Assembly: GCA_963837035.1 (NCBI GenBank)
Contig: CAWIMH010000015.1
Span: forward strand, 669,863-733,862
From: an uncultured Pseudomonadota bacterium
GTDB lineage: Bacteria > Desulfobacterota > Binatia > Binatales > Binataceae
Direction of reading: 5' to 3'
DNA: 64,000 nucleotides
The notes beneath the pieces are model-generated. The model did not search any database, was not told the DNA's origin, and worked only from the letters and a program-made list of their open reading frames with translations. Made by a program: the position numbers and the translations under genes. Positions 12,479 through 22,259 of the stretch are shown here, piece by piece (positions within the stretch are counted from its first letter, which is position 1; the number at the start of each line of letters is the position of its first letter).

Positions 12479-14311
12479 TCGTGCGGCAGTACCCGCAGTT
12501 TCTGAGATCAGCGAAAGAATTCCAGTGGAAAACGCGACCCAAAACCCGATCCCCATAGCGGTACTCCTGACCCTCGCGGTCGTCTTTCTCTACCTGCATT
12601 TCACCAACGGCAGCGGCACACTGCGGCTGGCCTTGGCTGGCGCACTGGTGGTCGCGGCGGTCGCGCTTATCCTCCCGAGCTTCCGGCTACCGCTGCCCGA
12701 CCCGCTGCGTTTCTTCGATAACCTGCCCAAGATTCAACTTGGACTCGACCTCCAGGGCGGCACGCACCTACTCCTCGAGGTTAAGCTTGACGATGCGGTG
12801 GCGACGGCGCTGCGCCGGCGGGGCGAAGATCTCAAGCGCGAACTGAAGGACAACAAGCTCGATGCCGATATCAGCCAGGCCAAGGATGGTTCGCTGCTAG
12901 CGACATTAACCGGGGGCACGACGCGCACGGGCTTCCTCGACCTGATAGGGAAGTCGTTCACGGATTTGCTGGTCGCAACGCCCGCAAACGCACCTGGCAA
13001 TGTCTTTTCGCTTACCTATCAGCCCCGCGAAGGAATCCAGGTACGCACTAATGCGATGGACCAGGCGCTCGAGACGATTCGCAATCGTATCGACCAGCTC
13101 GGCGTCCGCGAAACCACGGTCGTCAAAGAAGGCGACAACGATATTTTGGTACAGTTGCCCGGTATCCAGGACCCTGAGCGGGCCAAGGATCTGATCGGCA
13201 AAACGGCGGTGCTCGAATTCAAAATGGTCGATGACAAGCATCCGCTCGCCGATGCGTTGCGTGACGGGCCGCCGCCGGGCGACGAGATCCTCAACGGGCA
13301 AGCCCAAGCCGGCGGCGCTCCCCGGTATCTGATCGAAACGCCGGTTCTGATGACGGGGGATGTCGTTACCGATGCGCGCGTTCGTGTAGGCAGTCGTCTC
13401 GAGGGTCCATACGTGCAGGTCACGCTGGATCGGCGCGGCACTGCTGTCTTTGGAGCGATTACGGCCGAGAACGTGGGTCGCGAGATCGCGATCGTGCTCG
13501 ACAATACGGTCTACTCCGCCCCCGTAATCAAGGAGCCGATTCCGGGCGGCGACGTACAAATCACCGGCAACTTCACCTTTGAAGAGGCCCACGAGCTTGC
13601 GATCGTACTGCGCTCGGGCGCACTGCCCGCACCGGTCGAGATTATCGAGGAACGCACGGTCGGTCCTTCACTCGGCCGCGATTCGATTCGCCAGGGCGAG
13701 ATGTCATTCGTCGTCGGCGCGCTCGCGGTGCTGGCTTTCATGGCAATCTACTACAGCGGCGCCGGCATCCTGGCGGACCTGGGCCTGACGCTCAACATCC
13801 TGCTGCTGGTCTGCGTGATGGCAGCGCTGCAGGCAACGCTGACCCTACCCGGCATCGCCGGTATCGTGCTGACATTGGGGATGTCGGTGGACGCCAATGT
13901 GCTGGTGAACGAACGGATGCGCGAGGAGCTGCGCGCGGGTAAATCGCCACGAGAGGCGGTCAAGGTAGGCTATGAGCGGGCATGGTCGGCGATTCGTGAC
14001 TCAAACATCTCGACCTTTGCGGCCGGGCTCATTCTGTTCCAATTCGGGACGGGGCCGGTGAAGGGTTTTGCTGTTACCTTATGTGTGGGAGTGCTCACGG
14101 GGGTGTTCTCGTGCTTTGTGGTGACCCGCGCGTGGTATGATTACAAGATAAGAGCGCGCCGACTTAACACAATTAGCGTCTAATCAAATCTATAAACAGG
14201 TAAAGAGTGGCACAGACGCGATGATCCAATCCGTGTCGCGTCAGGCCATAAGACCTGTTGGTAGATGTACCGCGCGCAATGGGAATCGATAGCACTGGCG
14301 CGGTCGATTTG

Positions 14312-14339
14312 TCAGAATTGCTTGACTTTATTTACGGTA
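14312..14339 (+). promoter_or_regulatory. Putative sigma70-type promoter upstream of the HTH gene
   Basis: TTGACT (14312-14317), a 16-nt spacer, then TATTAC (14334-14339), in an AT-richer 200-bp intergenic stretch. Confidence 0.3.
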
Positions 14340-14389
14340 CCGTATTACAAAGGCGCGCGTTTGTAGTTTCAAGCAACAACAGGACGATA

Positions 14390-14584
14390 ATGGCCGATAA
14401 GGACGACACCCTGTTGAACTCGCGCGAGGTCGCCTTTTTGTTGGACCTCAGTCCGGACACGGTTAACGAATTCGCGCGACGCAGCATTTTTCCTGCTTTC
14501 AAAAAGGGCCGTCAATGGCGCTTCCGCAAGCGCGATATCGCTTCTTTCAAACGTCATCTGCGCGGTCTCAACGCCGCGGCCTGA
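14390..14584 (+). CDS. Small helix-turn-helix DNA-binding protein (excisionase/Xis-AlpA-like HTH family)
   Basis: 64 aa: MADKDDTLLNSREVAFLLDLSPDTVNEFARRSIFPAFKKGRQWRFRKRDIASFKRHL. I take the start at the internal ATG of track ORF 14258..14584. Confidence 0.55.
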   Translation: MADKDDTLLNSREVAFLLDLSPDTVNEFARRSIFPAFKKGRQWRFRKRDIASFKRHLRGLNAAA

Positions 14585-14680
14585 CCGGCATGGACGAGGA
14601 ATGTGGGGGGTGTGGTTGAAGTGCTGGTGTCGTGGACATAGCCCGCACGCTCCCGTGACGAAAAACCGAGGTGAGAGCTG

Positions 14681-15298
14681 ATGTCTGAACCGCACGAGAG
14701 CCGTGTCTACTCCGATCTTGCACATCTTTACGATTCCCTCTTTGGGCGGGTCTTTGTCGATCACGAGCATGAGGTGATCGAGTCGTTGCCATTCCGGCCG
14801 GATCAAAAGGTACTGGAAGTCGGGGTTGGCACCGGGATCTCCCTCGACGCGTACCCGCCGTATGTACACGTCGTCGGTATCGATCCTTCAGAGGATATGC
14901 TGCAGCACGCGGTGGCAAAGACGCGCGAGAATGCCTGGGGTCATATCGAGTTGCACCCCGGCGACGCTCAACGGCTGGAGTTTCCCGACAACACCTTTGA
15001 GTGGGTTACAACTTTCCACGTGATGACGGTGGTGCCGGATGCGCGGCGGATGATGAACGAGATGGTCCGCGTATGCAAACCCGGTGGCCATATCGTGGTC
15101 GTCAGCCACTTCGCCAGCGTCAATCCATTGCTTTATCTGCTCGGATCGATCGTCAACCCGGTGACCAAGATGCTCGGATGGACGACGCGCCTCCGCGCTC
15201 GCGACGTACTCGACGGGCAGCCGATCAAGGTTGAACGGATGGAACGCTTTTCGCCGATCGCTGTTCACTACATTATTGTGGCGCGCAAGCTGGACTGA
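14681..15298 (+). CDS. Class I SAM-dependent methyltransferase (UbiE/PEM-type)
   Basis: 205 aa, SAM motif VLEVGVGTGIS, Methyltransf_11-like. Confidence 0.75.
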   Translation: MSEPHESRVYSDLAHLYDSLFGRVFVDHEHEVIESLPFRPDQKVLEVGVGTGISLDAYPPYVHVVGIDPSEDMLQHAVAKTRENAWGHIELHPGDAQRLEFPDNTFEWVTTFHVMTVVPDARRMMNEMVRVCKPGGHIVVVSHFASVNPLLYLLGSIVNPVTKMLGWTTRLRARDVLDGQPIKVERMERFSPIAVHYIIVARKLD

Positions 15299-15338
15299 GG
15301 CCGGTACACGCGGCGCTCCGGCCGTCGTTTTTGGGCCG

Positions 15339-16079
15339 ATGTGGAGAATCTGGTCGAGAAGCGTGGCGTGGCTGTTTGCCGCCGCCGTCGTCGGAATTTC
15401 AAGTGCTCCGCCCGGCGTGGTCTTTGCCTACGAGGCAGGACCCGTGGTCAACGGGGGAACTGTCGCGGGTGTGGTAAGGCTCGCGGGGACCCCCTCCAAA
15501 CCGGTTCTTCTCGCAGTCAGCAAGGACATCGAGACGTGCGGAAAGCGTCCCTTGTACGACCAGTCACTGGTCGTAGGCAGGGATGGCGGAGTACAGTTTG
15601 CCGTCGTAACCCTCACCGACATCTCAAAAGGCGAGCCGATGCAGCCGGCGAGAATTAAATTCGACCAGAAAGGCTGCGAATATGATCCGCACGTGGCGGC
15701 TTTTCCGATGGGCAGCAGTGTCGAGATACTCAATTCCGATGGCATTCTGCACAGTATCCACACAATGTCCAAAGTTAACCCGGTGATCGATATGGCCCAA
15801 CCTGGGTTCAAGAAGATCATCAGGGTCACCGTCGCGAAGCCCGAGGTGATCGAGGTCACCTGCGACGCGCATAACTGGATGGTGGGATGGTGGTACGTTA
15901 CCGCAAACCCGTACTATGCAGTCACGGACACCGATGGGCATTTCACGATTGCGAATATCCCTCCGGGGACCTACACGGTACAGGTGTGGCAAGAAAAGCT
16001 GGGCACGCTGAACAGAAAGGTCACGGTCAAGCCGTCCGCAACGACCACGGCAGATTTCGCATGGAAGTCGGGGCGGTAG
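15339..16079 (+). CDS. Secreted cupredoxin-like (type 1 copper, amicyanin-like) protein
   Basis: Signal peptide MWRIWSRSVAWLFAAAVVGISSA. C-terminal copper ligand loop TCDAHNWMVGWWYV (Cys-X2-His-X2-Met) with an upstream His (LHSIH) about 40 residues before it. Confidence 0.5.
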   Translation: MWRIWSRSVAWLFAAAVVGISSAPPGVVFAYEAGPVVNGGTVAGVVRLAGTPSKPVLLAVSKDIETCGKRPLYDQSLVVGRDGGVQFAVVTLTDISKGEPMQPARIKFDQKGCEYDPHVAAFPMGSSVEILNSDGILHSIHTMSKVNPVIDMAQPGFKKIIRVTVAKPEVIEVTCDAHNWMVGWWYVTANPYYAVTDTDGHFTIANIPPGTYTVQVWQEKLGTLNRKVTVKPSATTTADFAWKSGR

Positions 16080-16095
16080 TCCCGGAATCACCCTG

Positions 16096-16464
16096 ATGAT
16101 CAAGCGACTTGATCGGATCGACGTCTCCACCACCGATCTTGAAGATGCCAAGGCGATCTTCGAACGGAATTTCGGCTTCACCGTGCATCGTGTCACCGGG
16201 TCGGATGACGGCACAATCGTGATCGGTGATGCGGAGATTCGCTTACGTTCGGGAGCATCCGTCGCCAATGTAATTGCGGGGGCCGGGGAAGGGCTCGCGG
16301 CCGTCTGGCTGGAAGCCGAAGATCTGGACCAAATCCAGGCGGCGCTTCAGTCTGCCGGTCTTGGCTACAAGCCGCCGCGTACCGAAGGGGGCCGTCGCAT
16401 CATCGAGATCGACGCCAGCGTGGCCAACATGGTGCCGCTGCTTATCTTTGACCGTCGTGTCTAG
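16096..16464 (+). CDS. VOC family protein (glyoxalase/bleomycin-resistance fold)
   Basis: 122 aa, MIKRLDRIDVSTTDLEDAKAIFERNFGF. Confidence 0.65.
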   Translation: MIKRLDRIDVSTTDLEDAKAIFERNFGFTVHRVTGSDDGTIVIGDAEIRLRSGASVANVIAGAGEGLAAVWLEAEDLDQIQAALQSAGLGYKPPRTEGGRRIIEIDASVANMVPLLIFDRRV

Positions 16465-16525
16465 GCCTCTCGAGCTGGTAGAGCAACCTGCGACGGTCGG
16501 TCGGTGACGGTAGCCTCTGCGGGAA

Positions 16526-17302
16526 TTAGACTTCGGCGCGGAACGCCGCACGAACCTCCATTTCGAGGCGGCGCGTCAACTCGATGCGATCGGCGCTGCG
16601 CATTCCTTTCGTTTCGATAGGGCGGCCGATAGCGATCTTCACCCGGTGACCTGGACTTACAAATTTTGCTCCGCGCGGCATCAGCGCGCTGGTTCCGCTG
16701 ATCGCCATCGGCACGCAGGGAAGCTTCGAGACGATTCCCAGCCACGCGGCGCCCTCACTGAACGGGTGCACGGTGTCATCGTTGAAGCGGCGGCCCTCGC
16801 CAAAGACGCAGATGCTGTAGCCGTCGCTAATGACTTCCAGCGCGCGGCGAATCTCGCGTCCTCCGCTCTCGCGGTCGATCACGATATTGCCGCAACGTTC
16901 GATGGCGAACCCGACGACCGGGATCTTCCTGAGCTCGCGCTTGGCGACAAAGCGCATCTCGCGCGGTATCAAATCGATTATCGCCATGATGTCGAACATG
17001 CTCTTGTGATTTGAGACCAGCACAAATGATTCGAGATCATCGAGGTTTTCCATCCCTTCGACTTCGAACCTGACGCCGCAAGTGCGCAGTATGAGCCAGC
17101 TCCACAGTTTCATCACATAGGTTGCCGGGTGTCCTCGCCGGAACAACGCCAGGGTCGCGGCGGGCACCGCTAGAATCACCGTGTAGGTCACCGACAGGAC
17201 CGTAGCGGCGAAACCCCACAGCCGGTTGAAGATGCCGAGCTTTCGCGTCGCGACGATTCGCGCGGCGTCGGTACTCTGATCGATCAACGTTTCATTCGGC
17301 AT
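16526..17302 (-). CDS. plsC: 1-acyl-sn-glycerol-3-phosphate acyltransferase
   Basis: 258 aa, HX4D motif VSNHKSMFD, and FGEGRR. Confidence 0.8.
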   Translation of the reverse strand: MPNETLIDQSTDAARIVATRKLGIFNRLWGFAATVLSVTYTVILAVPAATLALFRRGHPATYVMKLWSWLILRTCGVRFEVEGMENLDDLESFVLVSNHKSMFDIMAIIDLIPREMRFVAKRELRKIPVVGFAIERCGNIVIDRESGGREIRRALEVISDGYSICVFGEGRRFNDDTVHPFSEGAAWLGIVSKLPCVPMAISGTSALMPRGAKFVSPGHRVKIAIGRPIETKGMRSADRIELTRRLEMEVRAAFRAEV

Positions 17303-17495
17303 TGCGCGCAGACAGTAGACCGAAAACGGTATTTGTTCCAGTCGAAACAGGGAGATTGCTTAATTTTAGATGAAGATTTGTGACCTTTTAAGGGGAAATC
17401 ACGCGCGTTGTAGCGGCTATAAGAGAACCGACGTGCTCGACCGGCGGAACAAACTGCGGAGCGCAAACAGTCCCGGTCGGCCCAACTACGAAATG

Positions 17496-18341
17496 TCAGG
17501 TCGTATGAGGCTGCGGGCCGGCAGTGGATTTGTTGGGCTCGATCCGAATCCGCCGCGCCATCGGGACAATAAGCGCAGCCAAAGCGAGTATCAGAAGGAT
17601 CGCTTGCGCCGCGATTGTCTGCACGGTCGGAAAGAAACCGATCATCGGGACGGTTGGCAAGTGAGCAATGAAGGTAGCGCTCACTAGACCCGATTCCTGG
17701 AAGCTTGCGATTCCCTGTCCGGCAAAAATGACCGCAAGGCCGTAGAGCAGAACCGAAGTGACCGAAAACACGGGACCGATCGGGATCAGCCGGGTGAGCC
17801 GACGGAGCACCACGAACGTAGCCGCCAATGCGATCGCACCAGCGACAATGCCCACGGTCACCGCGTGACGCTCGGCCTGCTCCGTTGCACCGGCCAGCAG
17901 CGCCTGAAAGAAGACGATGGTCTCCGCACCCTCGCGCATCACCGCGAGAAAGGCCGTCAGACCGAGCGCGATCGAGGCGCCGTCGCCTCGTTGAGCCGCG
18001 GCGACCTTTGCGTTGATGAAACTCCGCCAATGCCGCGCTTGCATCTTGGCGGTGATCCACGAACTGACGTAAAAAAGCGTTGCCGCCGCGAGGAGTTGGA
18101 AGACGCCCTCGAGGGTGTCGCTGGTGTTGTCCCCAATGACGTGATTGACCACCCAAGCCAGCCCGAGGCTGAGCACAATTGCGATCAGGGCACCGGCATA
18201 GATATCTCGCGCTCGGGATTGCTGGCCGGCTTCTCGGGTTGCGGCCACCAATGCAATAATTACAAGTAGCGCTTCAAGTCCCTCGCGGAACAAGATACCG
18301 CAGGAGTAAAGGAAATAGGGCAGAGCGGTCGAAGTCGTCAT
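17496..18341 (-). CDS. FTR1-family high-affinity iron permease
   Basis: Starts MTTSTALPYFLYSCGILFREGLEALLV (REGLE = RExxE iron-binding motif) and has multiple TM helices. The ORF track starts 10 codons earlier at a TTG. Confidence 0.8.
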   Translation of the reverse strand: MTTSTALPYFLYSCGILFREGLEALLVIIALVAATREAGQQSRARDIYAGALIAIVLSLGLAWVVNHVIGDNTSDTLEGVFQLLAAATLFYVSSWITAKMQARHWRSFINAKVAAAQRGDGASIALGLTAFLAVMREGAETIVFFQALLAGATEQAERHAVTVGIVAGAIALAATFVVLRRLTRLIPIGPVFSVTSVLLYGLAVIFAGQGIASFQESGLVSATFIAHLPTVPMIGFFPTVQTIAAQAILLILALAALIVPMARRIRIEPNKSTAGPQPHTT

Positions 18342-18354
18342 AACGAGATTGAAT

Positions 18355-18373
18355 TTGATAACGATTCTCAATT
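18355..18373. promoter_or_regulatory. Fur-box-like sequence immediately upstream of the FTR1 permease start
   Basis: GATAACGATTCTCAATTCC matches GATAATGATAATCATTATC at 13 of 19 positions. It sits 14 nt upstream of the ATG of an iron-uptake gene. Confidence 0.3.
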
Positions 18374-18643
18374 CCGATACTAGTTCCCGGCGCCATCTAG
18401 TGTCAAGCCAAACTTCCGGCGACTTCTATGGCCGTCGCGATTCCAATCGGATACTTGAATCTTCCTGCGGCCTTTCATGGCCGAGCCCCGCTTGCCGCCT
18501 CGCCGATCGCAGTGTAACGTTGCTAACGAAGCGAGGCGGTTCAGCGCGCCCGCTTCATCGCTTTTAATGGAGAGAAGAGTACTCGCCTGAAGTATGGATC
18601 CTGCTGCGATTGGCCGCGAAAGCCGGTCCTGACCAGAGGCGCA

Positions 18644-19006
18644 ATGCGTTGTATCTATTGCAGGGAGCCCGCGGGCCTGTTGCGAAAGGTTTGTGGGACG
18701 TGCGGGCGCGTAGTCGCGGTGGTGGATCGTGCAGCAGGACAAGTGGGTTGGACGGATTTGGTCGATCTCTTCGCCGCGGAGGGCCTTACCCGCGCGGACG
18801 TCGATCGCGTGCTGAACGCCGAGGTTGCCGGTCAGCCAACGATGAAGGATCGTCTGACATCAAGGATGGCGAACGAGTTGATGCGGAATCTCGGGATGCC
18901 TGGGCGGCAATCACCTGAAGATGTGCAACGGATCCGTGCCGCGGTTGCCTCCGGTGGCGGGGAGGGCACATGGAAAGCGGGCGAAAAGCCTCCCGGATCC
19001 TCATGA
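18644..19006 (+). CDS. Hypothetical protein with an N-terminal CxxC...CxxC zinc ribbon
   Basis: MRCIYCREPAGLLRKVCGTCGR. 120 aa. No family recognised. Confidence 0.35.
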   Translation: MRCIYCREPAGLLRKVCGTCGRVVAVVDRAAGQVGWTDLVDLFAAEGLTRADVDRVLNAEVAGQPTMKDRLTSRMANELMRNLGMPGRQSPEDVQRIRAAVASGGGEGTWKAGEKPPGSS

Positions 19007-19084
19007 CGAGTGTATCGATTAGCGGATACGCTGTTCGGAGTGTGAGCGGCGTTCCTTGAGACGACGTTTCTTTTTGGAGTGTTG

Positions 19085-19975
19085 ATGAGCATAGGAACAT
19101 TGGGCATTATCGGCGCCGGCCAAATGGGCGCAGGGGTGGCGCAGGTGGCGTCTCAGGCCGGACTCAGCGTGCTTCTCAACGACGTCTCCATCGACCTTTG
19201 TGAGCGTGGGCTCGAGAGCATCGATCGCAATCTCGAACGCATGATCCAGCGCGGGCGCTTCAAGCCAGACGAGCGCGACCGGGTTCTGCACCGAATCGGC
19301 GCGAGCGCCAAGCTGGAGGACCTGGCGGGAGTCGATTTTGTGCTCGAAGCCGTGGTCGAGAATGAAGAAGCCAAGATTGCGCTTTTTCAGAAACTCGACA
19401 AAATCTGCCCGCCCGACGTCATCTTTGCCTCCAATACCTCTTCGATATCGATCACCCGGATGGCTGCACGCACGAGCCGCGCCGACCGCTTTATCGGAAT
19501 GCACTTCATGAACCCGGTGCCGGCGATGAAACTGGTCGAGATAATCCGGGGGCTGGCGACTTCGGCCGATACTTACGAAGCCACCCGCGCGCTCGCCGAG
19601 CGTCTCGGCAAGAACACCATGACGGCCGAGGACTTTCCGGGCTTTATCGTCAACCGCATCCTGCTGCCAATGATCAATGAGGCGATCTATACGTTGTATG
19701 AGGGCGTCGGCGGCGTCACCGACATCGACACCGCGATGAAGCTCGGCACCAACCAGCCGATGGGTCCGCTCGAGCTTGCCGATTTGATTGGACTGGACAC
19801 CTGTCTGGCAATCATGGAAGTGATGCATCGGGTATTTGGCGATGACAAGTATCGGCCCTGTCCGCTGTTGAAGAAGTACGTAGATGCCGGCTATCTGGGC
19901 CGTAAAGCCGGCCGCGGCTTCTACCTGTACGACGCCCGCGGCAATCTAATCCCGCCAGCGGTACCGGGCCGTTAG
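19085..19975 (+). CDS. hbd: 3-hydroxybutyryl-CoA / 3-hydroxyacyl-CoA dehydrogenase
   Basis: Motifs IGAGQMGAGVAQV, NTSSISIT and the HADH C-terminal domain. Starts at ATG 19085, 5 nt after GGAG. Confidence 0.85.
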   Translation: MSIGTLGIIGAGQMGAGVAQVASQAGLSVLLNDVSIDLCERGLESIDRNLERMIQRGRFKPDERDRVLHRIGASAKLEDLAGVDFVLEAVVENEEAKIALFQKLDKICPPDVIFASNTSSISITRMAARTSRADRFIGMHFMNPVPAMKLVEIIRGLATSADTYEATRALAERLGKNTMTAEDFPGFIVNRILLPMINEAIYTLYEGVGGVTDIDTAMKLGTNQPMGPLELADLIGLDTCLAIMEVMHRVFGDDKYRPCPLLKKYVDAGYLGRKAGRGFYLYDARGNLIPPAVPGR

Positions 19976-20020
19976 CCATTTGCGAGCGCACGCGAACGTT
20001 CGCTCCGGGGAGGAAGGCTC

Positions 20021-20251
20021 ATGGTCAAGGCTTTCGTGCTCATCGATACTTCACCGGGAAAGGCCAAGGAAGTTGCGCAAAAGCTGCGGCAAGTAGACGG
20101 GGTTTCAGCCGCACATGCGGTAACTGGACCGCATGACATAATTGCCATAGCTGAGGCTGCCGATGTGTCCAGCCTCGGCGAACTGGTGGTGCAGAAGATC
20201 CAGAGTGTAGTTGGGGTTAACCGTAGTCTTACTTCGATCGTAGCGGACTGA
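20021..20251 (+). CDS. Stand-alone Lrp/AsnC C-terminal ligand-binding (RAM) domain protein
   Basis: 76 aa: MVKAFVLIDTSPGKAKEVAQKLRQVDGVSAAHAVTGPHDIIAIAEAADVSSLGELVV. No N-terminal HTH domain. Confidence 0.55.
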   Translation: MVKAFVLIDTSPGKAKEVAQKLRQVDGVSAAHAVTGPHDIIAIAEAADVSSLGELVVQKIQSVVGVNRSLTSIVAD

Positions 20252-20322
20252 GGTACGCTCGGTGTCTCCGCGAAATCAGAGTATTTCAAAACCAAACGCG
20301 AGCCGCGAATGATGAGGCATCG

Positions 20323-20823
20323 ATGGCTGAGCTACCGGTAGTCAAGCGTCTGCGCAAGGACATGGAAATCCTCAAGCGCGAGTTGACCGTCGACTTACCC
20401 AAGGAGTTGGAACGTGCTCGCGCCCACGGCGATCTTTCGGAAAACGCTGAATGGGCGATGGCCAAACAGCGCCAGGAGTTTTTGCGGGCGCGCCTGTCGA
20501 ATCTCGAAGCGCGCGTCGCCGAACTCGCCATGATTAACCTGGAGTCGATTCCGCGCGATACCGTGGGTCTTGGCAGCAGGGTCGAACTCGAAGACCTGGA
20601 TGAGGGTGTGCGCACCGAGTACGAAATTGTGGTGCCCGAGGAGGTCGACGGCGCACAAAACCGGATTTCGCTCTCCTCTCCGCTCGGCCGGGCGCTGATC
20701 GGCAAGGCTACCGAAGACGATATCGAAGTACATACGCCGCGCGGCAAGCGATCGTACGTGGTCTGCCGGCTCGTCACGATCCACGAGATCTTGATCCTGG
20801 AAAATGGCCAGGAACGTAAGTAG
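20323..20823 (+). CDS. greA: Transcription elongation factor GreA
   Basis: 166 aa. DLSENAEWAMAKQRQEFLRARLSNLEARV, then an FKBP-like C-terminal domain. Confidence 0.9.
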   Translation: MAELPVVKRLRKDMEILKRELTVDLPKELERARAHGDLSENAEWAMAKQRQEFLRARLSNLEARVAELAMINLESIPRDTVGLGSRVELEDLDEGVRTEYEIVVPEEVDGAQNRISLSSPLGRALIGKATEDDIEVHTPRGKRSYVVCRLVTIHEILILENGQERK

Positions 20824-20967
20824 ATCGCGGCTTCCCGCAGGCGTGTGGCCGCGCAGACGGCCTCGAAAGCAAAAGAGGCCATAGCCGCACCTGCGCCTCG
20901 CCGAGAGACCGGAACGATTTTCGGCCCGCGACGCTACCTACCAACCGGCGGGCGGTAAGGGAGAACT

Positions 20968-22194
20968 ATGAGAAGCAGGTCCGATACTGGTACTAGTCCG
21001 GGGGCCGCTGCCGGTCCTCGCACGCTTTCGAGTCTGATCGATCGCGCCAGAGCGATGGCGCCCAAGCTGCGCGAACGTACAGCGGAAACCAATAAACTGC
21101 GTCGCCTGCCAGATAGCACCTGGGAAGAGCTGGTTCAGGCCGGTATTGTTCGCGGACTCCAACCGACCCAATGGGGAGGTGGCGAAACCCACCCGCGCGA
21201 ATTCTACAGCGCGGTTATGGAGGTCGCGCGCGCCGAGGGATGTGCTGGCTGGGTGGCGGGAATCGTTGGGGTCCATCCGTGGCAAACCGCGCTCTATCCG
21301 AAGGAGGCCCAGCAGGAGGTGTGGGGCGAAGATCCGACCACGATGAGTTCGTCGTCCTATGCCCCAACCGGCAAGGTCGAACGCATCTCTGGGGGCTACA
21401 GACTTAGCGGCCGATGGTCGTTCTCGAGCGGCTGCGACCATTGCAAATGGGTGAATCTTGGCGCGATTGCGGGCGGTATCGAAATCAACGGACGGCAGTT
21501 GGCGGATTTCCGATCATTTCTCCTGCCTCGGAGCGATTATCAGATCGACGACAACTGGCATGTCGCGGGCCTCGCGGGTACCGGCAGCAAGGATATCGTC
21601 GTCGCCGACGCTTTCGTTCCGGAACATCGCAGCATGTCGCATTGGGACTACACGTTCGGGCGCGAGCTTCCCGGATGGGAAATCAACCCGGGGCCACTCT
21701 ATCGCCTCCCCTTCGCGGTCGTCTTCATCAATACACTGAGCGCGGCGGTCCTTGGCGCTTCCGCGGGATTCCTCGACGAATGGAACGAGATCAGTCGGAC
21801 GCGAAAAGGCGGCATGGGACTAACGGTCGCCGAAGATCCCTACAGTCAGAAGCTTGCGGCCGAAGCGAGCTACGCGATCAAGAGCGCAACCCTAAAATTT
21901 CTGGACGACTGCGACGTGATGATGGAGATGGCGGTGACAGGCAGGGGCTTCGACCTCGGGCAGCGGGCGGAATTGCGCTACAACTCGACGCGATCGGCGC
22001 AGCTCGCGGCCCGCGCCATCGACCGTCTTTTCGAGGCTGGAGGCGGCCATTCGATCTTTCTCGACCACCCCCTGCAACGCCGCTTTCAAGATCTCAAAGC
22101 GATGATGGCGCACGCCGCGATGGACCCCAATCCTGCAGCCAAGCTGTACGGAGCTGCGCTGCTGGGAGTCCCCATCCTCGATCTGTTTCTATAA
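20968..22194 (+). CDS. Acyl-CoA dehydrogenase-fold flavin-dependent monooxygenase/oxidoreductase
   Basis: 408 aa with the ACAD N, middle and C-terminal domain pattern (GCAGWVAGIVGVHPW ... WHVAGLAGTGSKDI). Confidence 0.65.
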   Translation: MRSRSDTGTSPGAAAGPRTLSSLIDRARAMAPKLRERTAETNKLRRLPDSTWEELVQAGIVRGLQPTQWGGGETHPREFYSAVMEVARAEGCAGWVAGIVGVHPWQTALYPKEAQQEVWGEDPTTMSSSSYAPTGKVERISGGYRLSGRWSFSSGCDHCKWVNLGAIAGGIEINGRQLADFRSFLLPRSDYQIDDNWHVAGLAGTGSKDIVVADAFVPEHRSMSHWDYTFGRELPGWEINPGPLYRLPFAVVFINTLSAAVLGASAGFLDEWNEISRTRKGGMGLTVAEDPYSQKLAAEASYAIKSATLKFLDDCDVMMEMAVTGRGFDLGQRAELRYNSTRSAQLAARAIDRLFEAGGGHSIFLDHPLQRRFQDLKAMMAHAAMDPNPAAKLYGAALLGVPILDLFL

Positions 22195-22259
22195 CAGGCT
22201 AACCCCGCCGTGCTGCGTCACACGTCCCGCTCAATGCGTAAGAGATTTTCCCGTGCTCG

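Noticed and set aside
14184-16500. Calling 14.2-16.5 kb a genomic island or prophage remnant because of the Xis-like HTH gene
   Set aside because: No integrase, no tRNA or att repeats, and no clear compositional shift. Only a rearrangement is noted in the findings.
19019-20882. Three sizeable minus-strand ORFs (269, 107 and 198 aa) opposite hbd, the Lrp-domain gene and greA
   Set aside because: Antisense open frames typical of GC-rich DNA. They have no homology, and the plus-strand genes have strong family signatures.
21414-22202. 262-aa plus-strand ORF rich in Arg/Gly overlapping the ACAD-like gene
   Set aside because: Alternate frame of the same strand. It is compositional and has no domain.
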